A stretch of DNA of 64,000 nt from the human T2T-CHM13v2.0 reference genome, Homo sapiens, in NCBI RefSeq assembly GCF_009914755.1, contig NC_060925.1; one strand, given 5' to 3'. The notes under the pieces were generated by a model that saw only the letters and a list, made by a program, of their open reading frames with translations, was not told the origin of the DNA and ran no database searches. Below, one piece after another: positions 1 to 16,237 of the stretch (the stretch's first letter is position 1; each line of letters begins with the position of its first letter). The position numbers were made by a program, and so were the translations under genes.

Positions 1-850
1 CTGGATAAGGTATATAAAGAGAAACAAGCACATAGCCCCTCCAAGGGATTTTGCCAAACGCTTCACTTCTGCTCTTTATCCACTTGTGATATTTGTAGAT
101 GACATAAGCTGGTTATGTGGCAGCTCTATGGACTTACTGTTGCATTGTTCAAGGCCAAGTTTCCCAAAAGGAGCTGGGGAATAACATAATGTTGAGTCCA
201 GAACGTTCCTTTGGCAGAGTTTTATGTTAGAATCTTAATACAGAAATGAGAAGAGAAGGAATACACTGATAATATTTATTTTATATTTACAGTGGGATCC
301 TGGTAAAAGGTGTTGGCACCCTTTCAAAAAATTGTTGGTACCTTTGTACAGAGCTGTGGTCATATCAATTGGCACAATACTTTTGGAAATTACAATTGTT
401 CCGTGAAAGGGCCATTTACGCAGAGTGATGCCCAAGTGTCAACGAAGTCCAGAAACCAAAGCAGGAGGCTGTCAAATCCAGTTTGTTGATTTTAGGTCAC
501 TTACTAGGGCAACTTAAAGACAGAAGCATGCTCTTGGGCAGCCACGAGATACGTAGGTCTCTGTACTGCAACCCCCGAAACCCAGGGCCTCTATCTCGGG
601 GAAAAAGTGTATGTGCTCTGAAAGTGTATGTGGAATATAATGTATCTGGAAGTATACGTGCTCTGGGAAGTGTAGGTGGCTACCAGCATCACAGCCTATT
701 TCTGCAACAGCATCAAGGGTTGCTTTGGAGGAAAAGCAAAACTTGAAATGAATAGGTATTCCCACAGAAAGAGTAATACATCAACTAGACATTTTGTTCC
801 TGGACTTGAAGTTAGTCAGGTAGATTAGCATTTAAAATAAAGTCACTCTT

Positions 851-1143
851 GGCTGGGCACAGTGACTAATGCCTGTAAATCTCAGCACTTTGGGAGGCCG
901 AGGTGGAAGGATCACTTGAGCCAAGGAGTTTGAGACCACCCTGGACAACATAGCAAGACTTCATCTCTATTAAAAAAAAAAAAGTAGCTGGGTATGGTGG
1001 CACACATCTTCAGTCCCAGGTATTCAGGAGGCTGAGGCAGGAGGATCGTTTGAGCCAGGAGGTCGAGGTTGCAGTGAACTAAGATCATGCCACTGCACTC
1101 CAGCATGGTGGACAGAACAAAACCCTGTCTCAAAAGAAAAAAA
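851..1143 (+). mobile_element. Alu (AluJ-like)
   Basis: Dimeric Alu with A-rich linker and tail; TSD aaagtcactctt / aaagccactctt. Confidence 0.95.
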
Positions 1144-1363
1144 GCCACTCTTGTCCACAACAATTTGTACCATGAACCACAAAATTTTTCATATATATTT
1201 TGACCTAATGAACTTTTTGAGGAAAAAGAGATAAACACCAAAGATATGCATAAACGTTTATGACTATAAAACATTAAAAATAACCATAATATTCAATGTT
1301 GTAGAAATAATGGAGTAAACTGTTACCCACTCATTTGGCAGAATATTTTACAACCACTGTAAT

Positions 1364-1571
1364 TAGTGGTGTGCTGGACTCAGCCCATACTGGCTTGAGA
1401 GAGCCAATTGTGTGCATTCTTCCCAACTCTGCATTCCATGATGTCATGTCAGTAGCATGAAATCAGCCATGGTGGGAGTATTTACACGAGAGAAATTGGC
1501 AAACACTACCAATTAGGGCTCACCCCATCCCCAGAGAGCAAGTTGTTAAAACATTTTCCAGCACACCATTG
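1364..1571. mobile_element. Non-autonomous hAT DNA transposon (MER63-like)
   Basis: Terminal inverted repeats tagtggtgtgctgga ... tccagcacaccattg; family name from memory. Confidence 0.7.
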
Positions 1572-1848
1572 GTAAGTGGTATATATAAAAAAGATACAAA
1601 ATTATAAGTGTACCATTGTCATAACAATGTTAAAAATGAATATAAAGATAAGACATGGAAGGGACTATAGATGAGCTGAAAAAAGATTGTGGATAACTTA
1701 TTTTTTTATTTCAAGCTCTGTTTATTGCTATAGTCTTATTTATATAAAAACACATTTTTTAAATGTTTAAATCTGGTCTTCTGTTTTCACTATGACCAAA
1801 TAATTTCCTATGAATTCATCCTCTCACATATACAAAATATAATCTCTG

Positions 1849-1852
<4 letters not shown>

Positions 1853-1896
<44 letters not shown>
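1853..1896. repeat. (AC)~22 microsatellite
   Basis: Pure AC run. Confidence 0.98.
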
Positions 1897-1901
<5 letters not shown>

Positions 1902-3542
1902 GCATACAGACACTGGAGAGTGAAAAAGGCAGGCAGATTCTGAAGCAGAGTCAACATTTGGAAGAGGGAAACAATATAAAATAAAGTGTCCCATTTTTAT
2001 GACAGTTAATTTGAAGGCAGGCTGCAGTTGGTACTGTGTGTAGAGCAGCTAAAACTTTGGTGGGAAATTAGCAATATTTTCTGGCCTGAAGACCAGGAGA
2101 CACAGTTTAGGGCACCTAAAGCCATTTAGAAAATGAGGAGGGAATCCCAGAAGTGAGAGTCAGAGAAGGGAAGTCTCAAGTTCTGTGCATAAACTGCCCA
2201 CATTGCTGGCTGCCCTGGATCACACATATGTGGTACACATTCAAACCAGCCCAGCTTGAGCTAGAAGACGTGAACTGATTTTGAGCTGCTGCCCAAGATA
2301 CAGCATTTGTAGCTAACATCCAGCCAAGTTAACTCGCTTGTTCCTAAAACCAAACCAAACCAAAAAGCCAACTCTCTGGAAAAAACAACAGAATCCAAAG
2401 TCTCCACAGCATAACACTGACAATGTCTTAGAAAAAATCCAAGAATATCTGACATATAAAGAACCAGGAAAATGTAGTCTATTCTCAACGGAAAAGAATC
2501 ACAAAATGACTCAGATCCTGGAATCAGGAAACACGACTTTAAAGCAGCTATATAAGCATGATTGATGAGGTAAGAAAAAACATACCTGCAATAAATGGAA
2601 AAGTAGGGAATCTCAGAAGAATCTACAAGAGTTTCTATAGACATCATAGAAGTAATTAAGTAAAATTCTAGGACTAAAAATTACAAGATCTAAAAGAAAA
2701 AATTATGGAATGGGCTTAACAGAATGATGATGAATCAAGAAAAAAATCCATAAACTTGAGGTTGGGTCAATAGAACTTACTCAATCTGAGAACAGAGAGA
2801 AAAACAAAATTGAAAAAATCTGAAAAGGGTTTCAGAGACCTGTGGAATCTGTGGAACCTGTGGAACCTGTGTCTAACATACTTACAGTTGAAGTCACAGA
2901 AGGAAAAGAATGAGAGAATGTAACAAAAAATATTAGAAGAAATAATGGCTGGACCTTTCCCAAATATGATGAAAGACATAAATTTATTGATTTAAGAAAC
3001 TCAATAAACCTGAGGCAGAATAATTATGAACAGGACCATGTCTAAGCACATCATAGTCAAACTATTGAAAAGCAAAATGAATGAGATAGCGGTCAGAGAA
3101 AAACAACATATTACATACAAGGAACAAATATGTGAATGACTGCTAATTTCTCATCAATTGTCATAAAAACATCCTTAAAGTGCTGAAAGAAAAAATACAT
3201 TCAATTCTATAGCTAATGAAAATATCCTTCAAGAATGCGGGCAAATAAAGACATTTTCAGATAAAACAAAATTGAGAAAACTCATTGCCATCAGAGCTCT
3301 ACAGGAAATTATAAAGTTTTTCTTCATGCTAAAGGAAAATAATACCAGATCAACACTTGGATCTTCAAGGAAGAATAAAGGGTATTGAAAATGGTTACTA
3401 TCTAAATAAATAGAAAAGACTATTTTTCCTCTTAATTTCTTTAAAAATATATGACTACAATTTGAATTTTAAAAACTAATATTTTTTGTGGGTGGTTTTA
3501 TAAGTAGATATAATTAATAGATATGACAACTATAATATAAAG

Positions 3543-3720
3543 CACGGGTTGGCAAACATTTTCTGTAGAGGGCAAGATAGGAAATATTTGGATTGGGGCC
3601 ATAGAATCTCTGTCACAAAGACTCAACTCTGCCACTTGTAGCCATATAAAAACCAAAAGTAATGGCCGTGGCAGTGTTCCAATAAAACTTTATGTACAAA
3701 ATATGCAGCAGGCAGGAACT
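3543..3720. mobile_element. MER58-like hAT-Charlie element
   Basis: gggttggcaaacattttctgtagagggcaagatag...actcaactctgccacttgtagc resembles the MER58A consensus. Confidence 0.7.
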
Positions 3721-3891
3721 GTTCTTTATAACAGGAACCACTGTTATAAAGAACAGAGGCAGCAGGGTAGCAGATGGACTTACACAATTATGAAGTTTCT
3801 GCATTTTATGTGAAGTACAATATTAGCTCTAAATAGACTGTGAAGAGTTTATGTAAAGTATAATATTAACTCTAAGTGGACTGTGAGAAGT

Positions 3892-4121
3892 TAGTGTCTC
3901 TCAATAGCAGCACTATTCACATTTTGGCCAGATAATTCTTTGTGGTGGGGGGCTGTCCTGAGCAATGAAGGATGTTTATCAGCATCTCTGGCTTCTACCC
4001 CTACCCACTAAATGTCAGTAGTGCCACCCTACCTAGCTGTGTCAACTAAAAATGCCTCCAGACATTGCCAACTGTCCACTGGAGGGGTAAATGTCCACTG
4101 CCCCCCTTGTAAGAACCAATG
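3892..4121. mobile_element. MER20 hAT-Charlie element
   Basis: cactattcacattttggccagataattctttgtggtggggggctgtcctg...aaaaatgcctccagacattgcc. Confidence 0.8.
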
Positions 4122-4480
4122 ACCTAACGTAACCACTAAAAATTGCAGAGGCATAACCAAAAAGCCAATAGATACATTAAAATGGAATTCTAGAAAAGAT
4201 TCACATAGTCCAAAAGAAGGCAGGAAAGGGAAAAACAAACAACAGAGAGTAAAACAGAAGATAACAAAGCAAGACATAAGTCCAACCATATCAATATTGC
4301 ATTGTTAGTTAATTGGATACTCCAATTAAAAGGCAGAGATTGTGAGAATGAATGAAAAAGCAAGACCCAACTACATGTTGTCTCAAAAGACATACTTTTA
4401 ATATGAAGACATAAATAACTTGAAAGTAAATGAATAGAAAAAGCCACGCCATGTAAACTGTAAAAGATTGAGAAGACTGC

Positions 4481-4905
4481 AGTGGGGTATATATGTATAT
4501 ATACATATATATATAAAAGTGGGGTATATATGTATATCTATACATATATATGTGTGTATATGTGTGTGTATATATATATAAGTGGGGTATATATGTATAT
4601 ATATACACATATATATGTGTGTGTGTATATATATATAAGTGGGGTATATATGTATATATATACATATATATGTGTGTGTATATATATATATATAAGTGGG
4701 GTATATATGTATATATACACATATATATGTGGGGTATATATATGTATACATATTTACATATCCTCCTTTATATATATCCTCCTCATATATATATATCCTC
4801 CTTTATCAGCAGCAATACAATGGATATATTAATAACAGATAAATAACAGCAATAGATATATTAATAACAGATAAAATAATGGATATATTAATAACAGATA
4901 AAACA
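4481..4905. repeat. Compound AT-rich minisatellite (GTGGGGTATATATGTATA.. x6; TATCCTCCT x3; GATATATTAATAACAGATAAA x3)
   Basis: Tandem units are directly visible; this array is the source of the Y/I/H/T-rich spurious ORFs at 4309-4846. Confidence 0.95.
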
Positions 4906-5056
4906 GAATTCAAGGTTAAGAAGTACTACCACAGATAAAAACAGGCAGTTTGTAATGATAGAAGGATCAATTCATCAGGAAGCCATAACGATTATAAACA
5001 TGTGCATTCTTCTTCATAACAGAGACTAAGATACATGAAGCAAAAGTCAACAGAAA

Positions 5057-5446
<390 letters not shown>

Positions 5447-5655
5447 TCAGTAAAGACAAGATGGTTGGACAACACTGTCAATTGCCTTGACCTAACTGAT
5501 AATTACAGAACACAACACTCAACAACTGTAGAATGCACATCACTCTAAAGTGAGTGTGGCATCTTTACCAAGAATGACCATATGCAGGACCACAAAAACA
5601 AAGCTCAAGAAATTGAGAAGAGTTAAAACTATACACATTTTAAAATACAACTTCA

Positions 5656-5972
5656 GGCCGGATGCAGTGGCTCATGCCCATGATCCCCATGCTTCCGGAG
5701 ACCAAGGCGGGAGGATCACTTGAGGCCAGGAGTTCAAGACCAGCCTAGGTGATACAGCAAGACCCCATCTCTACAAAAACTAAATTAAAAAAATTATCCA
5801 GTTGTAGTGGCGCATTGCTGTAGTCCCAGCTACTTGGGAGGCTGAGGCAGGAGGATCGCTTAATTAAGCACATGAGGTTGAGGCTACACTGAGCTATGAT
5901 TATGCCACTGCACTCTGCCTGGGTGACAGGGTGAGAATCTGATTCTAAAATAAACTAATTAACAAAATAAAA
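5656..5972 (+). mobile_element. Alu (old, AluJ-like)
   Basis: Diverged dimeric Alu with A-rich tail. Confidence 0.9.
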
Positions 5973-6314
5973 TAACCCCCAATACAATTAAATTGGAAAT
6001 TAATCACATTAAGATATTTAAGAAAATCCCAAACATTTGGAAATTAAATAATTTATTTCTCAATAATTCATGGCTCAAAGAAAACAACACACAGAAAATC
6101 AGAATAAACATTTTTCAAGCCAGTGTAGGGAGGAAATATATTTATTTGAACATGGAATTAGAAGTTTATAAGTACCAATGTAGAGGCTTCTTGTTACAAT
6201 GACATTGCTAAGGAAAAGATATAGTAATGCAGGAGGAAGGGGATTCTAAAGAGGCTGGTGACAAAAAGCTCTCAGGAGAGAACATTTGAACTAAGACCTA
6301 ATTAATGAGGTATA

Positions 6315-6639
6315 CAGTTGTCCCTCTCTATCCATGGGGGATTTGTTCCAGGATCCCTGAAGATACCCAAATCCACAGATGCTCAAATGCCTGATATAAA
6401 ATGGCATAGTATTTGCACATAACGTATGCACATCTTCCCATATACTTTAAATCATCTCTAGATTGCTTATAGTACCTATTACAATGCCTCCACATCACTT
6501 CATTCATGTGGAATTAGTGTAGTAATCACCACATGCAAATTCAAGTTTTACTTTTTGTAACTTTGTGGAATTTTTTCACCCTGAATATTTGCAGTCCATG
6601 GTTGGTTGAATCCTTGGGTACAGAACAGAAGGCCAATTG
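6315..6639. mobile_element. MER2-like Tigger/mariner non-autonomous element
   Basis: TA-flanked cagttgtccctctctatccatgggggatttgttccaggat...ggccaattg. Confidence 0.75.
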
Positions 6640-6659
6640 TAAAATCAAATAAACAAACG

Positions 6660-7425
<766 letters not shown>

Positions 7426-8312
7426 TTGAGTAACAGAGTAAATAAGGGGAGTGGGCCACTTAGCATTCCCCTTCCCTGACTCGTTTCAAGGAGCCACAAG
7501 AAGAGCATGCAGGCAGAAAGAACAGCGGGGACGGGGGCCTGAGGCAGGAGCCAGCAGAGACATCCTGTAGGCATGGCGGCCACACCACCCAGGCCAGTGG
7601 GCTTTCCTAGGCCTTCAGAACATACCTGCAGATGAGGAGAGGGAATGATCTCACAAAATTCATATTAATAAACGTCTATCTAAATGGTCTAGATGTAATT
7701 AAGTCCTTACTACCTATTACATGTATTAATCATAAAAAAATTGCATTACATTTGAGCACAATTTGTTGGTTAGACTTTCTGGCTCTGTAGTAACTTCTCC
7801 ATGTGCAAAGTAACTGCTGAGAAATCATAGCCAATTATAAAATAAAGGAGTTTCTCAAAGTTAATTTCCAAAGCAAAATTCTAAACATTGCTTCCAAAGA
7901 GTTTATTCAGCAAAAAATATTGAAAGATGATAGTGCATTTGAATATGACATGGGGGAGGGGCTACCAAGTTAACACTACTTAAGCCAATGGTAGTCTTAA
8001 GACCACCCCAGCGGTCACAGGTTGGTGGTGTGGCGTGAGAAGCGCAGGGCAGGGGGAGTGGGAGACCCTGTCTGAGAGGCAGGCAGTACCTGTAGGTCTA
8101 CACAGAATGTGAATTTTCTAAGTGGATGGAAAGTCACTGGAAAGTTTTAAGCAGGGACTGAGGTGCTCTGGGAAAGACTCTAGAGGGGAGAGACCAGGAA
8201 GAATTCTGGGACCAACAGGCTAGGACAGCCTCTTTGCCTCTCTGTGTCCTAGAAACCTACTTCAGATCTGAGTTGGGCACAGAACTCTGGTGACAGTGCA
8301 GCAGAAGCATTA

Positions 8313-8654
<342 letters not shown>

Positions 8655-9397
8655 TCAGCTCTCAGCCTAGGGAAGCTTCTCTGACTCCTTCTCTATTACT
8701 GCACCCCCGGCACTCCACAGTTCTTCTTTGTTACCTTCTCACACTTTACCATGATATACTTTTTTGTGCAACTCTTTGATCAGTGTCTCTTCCTCTAAAC
8801 TGTAAACTACTAGAGAGCAAGGACCATGTCTTGCATTTACTACCAGGGGCGGATTTGGGTTTTCTGCAGTCTGAATATTTTACCATTGGGGAAGCAGGGG
8901 GATAGGGGTTGGTGGGGAGGGAGGCTCTCTTTAAGAAAATAAATACACAATTACAAATACAAAATTAAGTATAAATGAGTATTCATTTAGAGAATCAGGA
9001 TCACAACAAATTCCTAGATCTTAAGAGGTTTAGGTCCCCTTTGAGGAGTTCACTTAGACAATTTAGCAGAAACACTGAAGTGTTTTCTGAAGGTAGCCAG
9101 GCTTCCTCTCTCTACCTAAAACATTCTACACCTCCGAGCACTCACATGGGCTTTGTGGGTGAGCTTCATCCTCATTAGCTGCTCAGTATGCCCATCTTTG
9201 TTCATCACTATATTGCCAGCACCTGGCATCATGCTGGTTATATAGATGCTCAATGATTCATGGCTATTATGATAATTTTTATTTTAAACCAACATTTCCT
9301 GAGCATCTACAAGGACGTGCAAAGACAAGCAAGGACAAGAGAGATCTGGTCTCATACAATTAGTGAATGGTAAGGGAGACAATCGCAGCTGTCATTA

Positions 9398-9698
9398 CTT
9401 TTTTTTTTTTTTTTTTTAGACAGGGTCTTGCTCTGTCACCCAGGCTGGAGTGCAGTGGTGTGATCACAGCTCACTGCAGCCTTGAATTCCTGGGCTCAAG
9501 TGATCTTCCCACCTCAGCCTCCTGAGTAGCTGGGACCACAGGCATGCCACCACCATGCTCGGCTTATATTTTGATTTTTTGGTAGAGATGGGTTCTTGCT
9601 ATGTTGCTTGGGCTGGACTCGAACTCCTGAGCTTAAGTGATCCTCCTGCTTTGGCCTCCCAAAGTACTGGGATTACAGATGTGAGCCACTGACCTGGC
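9398..9698 (-). mobile_element. Alu (AluJ-like), antisense
   Basis: Poly-T followed by reverse-complement Alu; TSD gtcattactttt / gtgattactttt. Confidence 0.95.
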
Positions 9699-11691
9699 TT
9701 GTGATTACTTTTAAGACAAGATTAATAATATAAACAAGTTGCCAGAAAGGACAGGCAGAAAGGTAACTTGTTTCAGGTAGTAAGGCAAAGTTAGGAAGAG
9801 GAGCCCCTAATGTCAGCTAGAAAAATTTGAGCTCACCAAGTAGCTGACAGGGTATTTTATGTTTTTATAAAAGTACAGTAGTAGACAAGACATTCCAACT
9901 CCCCCTACTAGACCAGAAGTTGCAGTACCCAGCTGCAGGTGAGGCAGGGCCAACCACCAACTGCAGAGCTTGGCATATGAACGGCTATGTCTGCGCACAG
10001 CCAGCCCAGAAAGCCCATATGTCCAACAGAAGCATCCTCTAAAGGAGACTTGTTCCACAGACAACAGCACGGAGCAACTGGGTAAATAGAGAAGAAGGGG
10101 TGGAGCCTCAAGAATCCTTTAGAATGTCTGCTGAGAGCAAGGCTGTCTTAAAGTAAGAATGAGACATCTGGATGCTAATGTGGTCATCACCTGGGACCAT
10201 AAAAACACTCAATATTTCATTTGGACAATTATTCAGCAAGCGTTACTTGAATGCCTACGTGGGCTAGGCAAATTCTTGCAAGACATTCTTTTTTCTCTGT
10301 ATGCTTCTCTCCCCCTTTTTTGCACCCAAGTGGCTTAAGTCAAGTTTTCCTAAACACCTGGAAATCTCAGTACATTCATGACGCATCTTAACATGGGTAT
10401 TGTGGCCTCCAGATGTACTCACACCTCAGCCTTTCCTATGAGTTTAGCCCTATTCTGTCTCAAGCCCTGTGCTGGACTCTTTCATTCTCCCATTTGATCC
10501 GTACAACCTTATCCCTCCCAGTGGTGGTCATTGTCCACTTTGGTCTGTACAGCCCCACATGACCTCTTCCTCTGGTAACAGTACGCCTTCCTTACTCCAA
10601 ACATGCAGTACCAGTGAAGGCTGCCAATTACAGTGCTTACTCTCCTACCTATAGGAATGAGCACATTGCCCCGGATGACCCATCTCCCTGACTATAGCGA
10701 CTGATCTAGGCATGAACACATAACCCAAGCCTGGCCAATCAGTTCCCCCCAGTGTTTTTCTAACTAGGGTCAGCAGAGAAGCTCTGTCTTTTCTCTCTGA
10801 CCTCAAAAATGAAAGCGTGTGACCAGAGTTCTAGCCTTCTGGAAGCAGCTGGGCTGAGAGAATGAAGCCAAAGTACAGAGACTAGAAGTGCAGAGAGGAA
10901 AGATGGTGTCACAGCTTTCCCCTACCCTCTATTTGGCTCTTTGAGGCAATCAGTTCCCCTTTCCTGCCACAGCTAGTTCAATTTAGCATCTTTTTGAGTG
11001 TAACTGAGAGTCCTGTCTAAGGAACTCCTTTATACAGACAAATCCCATAATCTCAGGGAGCCCCTTCAGCTGGCAAGAGGCTCAGCTTTTGTTCCCGAGT
11101 CTGACATGCCCTTGAAGTTCTCTTGCTTCCTCCTTAGCTTCCCCCTCCACACTGGCTCCAGCACAGATCTCTGAACCAAATGCTCAGAGCTCAGAACCAA
11201 ATATCCATGTTAGCACTGTTAAGACAGGGTAGATTATCAAAGAACTAACTAAAATTCTGAGTGGTAACAGCAAGGAAACAAACAACATGAGGTAACAAAT
11301 GTACAAAACAGACAAGATGATAGAGAAGTCTTCAGCTAGATTGCTTCGGGGCCTGCGGGCCTATTCTACCTCATAAGCTATCTGAAAATTGCTTCATTCT
11401 CATCCTGAAGATGTGGGAAAAGATTTTAGCAATCCAGTCTGGATTCCTGGCTTCCTAACTATGAGTCTGACCCCACACGGAGGACATAGTTTTAAAAATT
11501 AACTAATTAAAAAATTAAAATGTAGCAAACTAAATTGATCTATAAATGTAATGCAATCTCAGTCAAAATCTCAATAGGCTTCCTATTTTTTAAAAGAAGC
11601 CAACAAGCTGATTCTAAAATTCATATGAAATGCTAAGAACTAGAATAACCAAAACAATTCAAAAAAGAGAAATAAAACTGGGGGATTGCTA

Positions 11692-12049
<358 letters not shown>

Positions 12050-12813
12050 CTAGGAATATACCCAAGTGGACTGAAACATATGTTCATACAAAAACATATA
12101 CACAAATGTTCATAGCAGCATTATTTATATAGCCAAAAGGTGAAAACAACTCAACTAATAAAACTCAATGGAATGTTATTGGGTCACTTAAAGGAGTGAA
12201 ATGCTGACACATGCTCCAACAGGGATGACCCTCGAAAATATTATGCTAAGTAAAAGCATCCAAACACAAAAGGCTACATATTCTAAGATTCCATTTTAGA
12301 CACAGAAATTAGGTTAGTGGTTTTCAGGGGTCAACAGGAAGTGGGCAGTAATTGCTAATGGGTTCCTTTTGGAGTTATAAAAATGTTCTGAAGTTAGATA
12401 ATGATGATGGTGGCACAACTTTGTGACTATACTAAAAACCACTGAATTGTATACTTTAAAGGGGTAAATTTTATGGTATATAAAATTTTATCTCATTAAA
12501 AGACTTACTATGATGCTATAGTAATCAAGGCAGTGTGATACCAGCACAAGGATACCATATGTGTCATATACACATGTATTTTAGTGGAACAGAATTGTGT
12601 CTAGAAATAGATTCACACATATATGGTAAATTACTTTTTGAAAACTCTGCCAAGGCAGTTCCATAAGGAAAAGATAGTCCTTTCAATAAATGTTGCTAAG
12701 ACAACTGGATATTTCTATGGAGATAAATGAACTTTGACCCTTACCCTTATATACAAAAATTAACTTGATATGAATCAAAGACCTAAATGTAAGAGTTAAA
12801 ACTATAAAATTTA

Positions 12814-13183
<370 letters not shown>

Positions 13184-13265
13184 TTAGGACACAAAAAGTG
13201 CAAACCACAATAGAAAAAAAAAAAGATAAATAGATTTCATAAAAACAAAAACCTTCTGCTTATCA

Positions 13266-13709
<444 letters not shown>

Positions 13710-14029
13710 CTATACATACAGAACTCTTACAATTCGGTAATAAGACAACCTAACTTTTTAAAAGGAGCAAAAGATTTCAACAGATACTTCACACACACAC
13801 ACACACGAATATTTAAGAATAGCCATGAAAAGATGTTTAACTGTTAGTTACCAGGGAAATGCAAATTAAAACCTAAATGAGATGTATTACCCACCTACCA
13901 GAATGAATAACACTCAAAAAGACCGACACCACCAAATATTGGCAAGCATGTTGTGCATCCAGAACTCTCCTACATTGTTGGCAGGAATATAAAGTGGCAT
14001 AATCACTCAAGAAAAGGTCTGATGACTCC

Positions 14030-14325
14030 TTTTTTTTCTTTTTGACAGGGTGTCCCTGTGCCACCCAGGCTGGAGTGCAGTGTTATGATTTCACCTCACT
14101 GCAACCTCTACCTCCCGGAGTTCTAGCGATCCTCCCACCTCAGCCTCCTGAGTAGCTGGAATTACAGGCATGCATCACCATGCCCAGCTAATTTCTTGTA
14201 TTTTTAGTAGAGATGGGATTTCGCTATGTTGGCCAGGCTGGTCTCGAACTCTTGACCTCAGGTGATTGGCCCACCTCGGCCTCCCAAAGTGCTGGGATTA
14301 CAGGAGTGAGCTACTGAGCCCGGCC
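14030..14325 (-). mobile_element. Alu, antisense
   Basis: Poly-T followed by reverse-complement Alu ending cccggcc. Confidence 0.95.
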
Positions 14326-14472
14326 TGATCTACATTTTGATTGCGCTGTTGGTTATACAGGTATGCACATTTCTCAAAACACATGGAAATATGAACTTAA
14401 AGTGGGTGAATTTTATTGTCTGTAAATTATATGTTAATAAAGTTGATTTTTAAAAGTAATACATGGGCATGA

Positions 14473-14780
<308 letters not shown>

Positions 14781-14989
14781 AAAAAAAATTTTTAATGAAA
14801 CGGGGTCAGAAAATTAAAATTTTCCTTCTCTACACAACCTCCCCAAAGAAAACACAAGGCGACGCCAGTTAAGTTCAATGCCCTAAAAAAGTCTCCGTAT
14901 TCCACCTATTCATTCCGCCCTCCATCGTCGTATTTTTAAAAGAAACATCTAATATTTTAAAAATAGGAAAAATAGAAAACTGCTTTCCA

Positions 14990-15310
<321 letters not shown>

Positions 15311-16179
15311 GGAAACTGCTTTTCACCCTTGGACTGGTAAACTCTGTCAGGCGTCTAGACTAGGCTGGGGCTTGGATAGGTAATGGGAACCACTAGTAGA
15401 GCCAGAGGTGAACATATAACAATCACCATAGCACTCATAGATGGGAACTACACACTTAAAATGACTGCTTGCCCATTTTACAGATGAGGGGACTGAAGCT
15501 CAGAGAGTTGCCAAGGACTGAGACCCAAGTATCCTGACTCCAAAGACCAAGTGTTCATCTACCTTACCCCAGGATCTACCACGAGAGTTAAACTGGTGGC
15601 TTTGGGGAAGAAGGATGAGCCCAACCTAGCTTCAGCTGACTGCCCTCTTTCAACTTGTCCCTGCTCCTCCCACCCTTCTCCCTCCACACACACATTTAAT
15701 GCAGCTTCTAACATGTACTGATAACATTATTACCTTCTCTTCAGGGAAATTCTGAGAATGCTCTTGTTATTTAAAAAGTTGATAAATTCTGTCCATTTGC
15801 AGTCATAGTGTTGTATAGTACCTTATTTAGAGTTGTGAGTATTTATCTGTTATAGAAGAACTGCCGTATACATCCTTAAGTCACGGTAGGAAATATTCCA
15901 AATTAGAACATCCACTCCAGAAGCTTAAAGTTTCCCCAAATAAATCTTATAATAGCATCACGTTGCCAAGGTCCCCAGAAATCTTCTCTGTGGAAGGTTA
16001 GCACCCTGTATCCCAGCAAATCAACAATGTGGCTTTCCTGTCTCTGACTTTAGGCCTCATTTGATGACTTGCAGGTTCCCAAAAGGCCTCACCCCTGATA
16101 TTAAGCCAAAGACCACAGACAACAAGGTCTTCTTGAGTCTATAGTCTTGTATCTTCATTCTACTCTAAATAATTAGCTC

Positions 16180-16237
16180 TGTGTGTGTGTGTGTGTGTGT
16201 AGTGTGTGTGTAGTGTGTGTGTGTGCGGGTGTGTGTG
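16180..16237. repeat. Interrupted (TG)n microsatellite
   Basis: tgtgtg runs broken by ta/agt/cgg. Confidence 0.95.

Noticed and set aside
4309-4846. Overlapping Tyr/Ile/His-rich ORFs on both strands
   Set aside because: They are translations of the TA-rich minisatellite.
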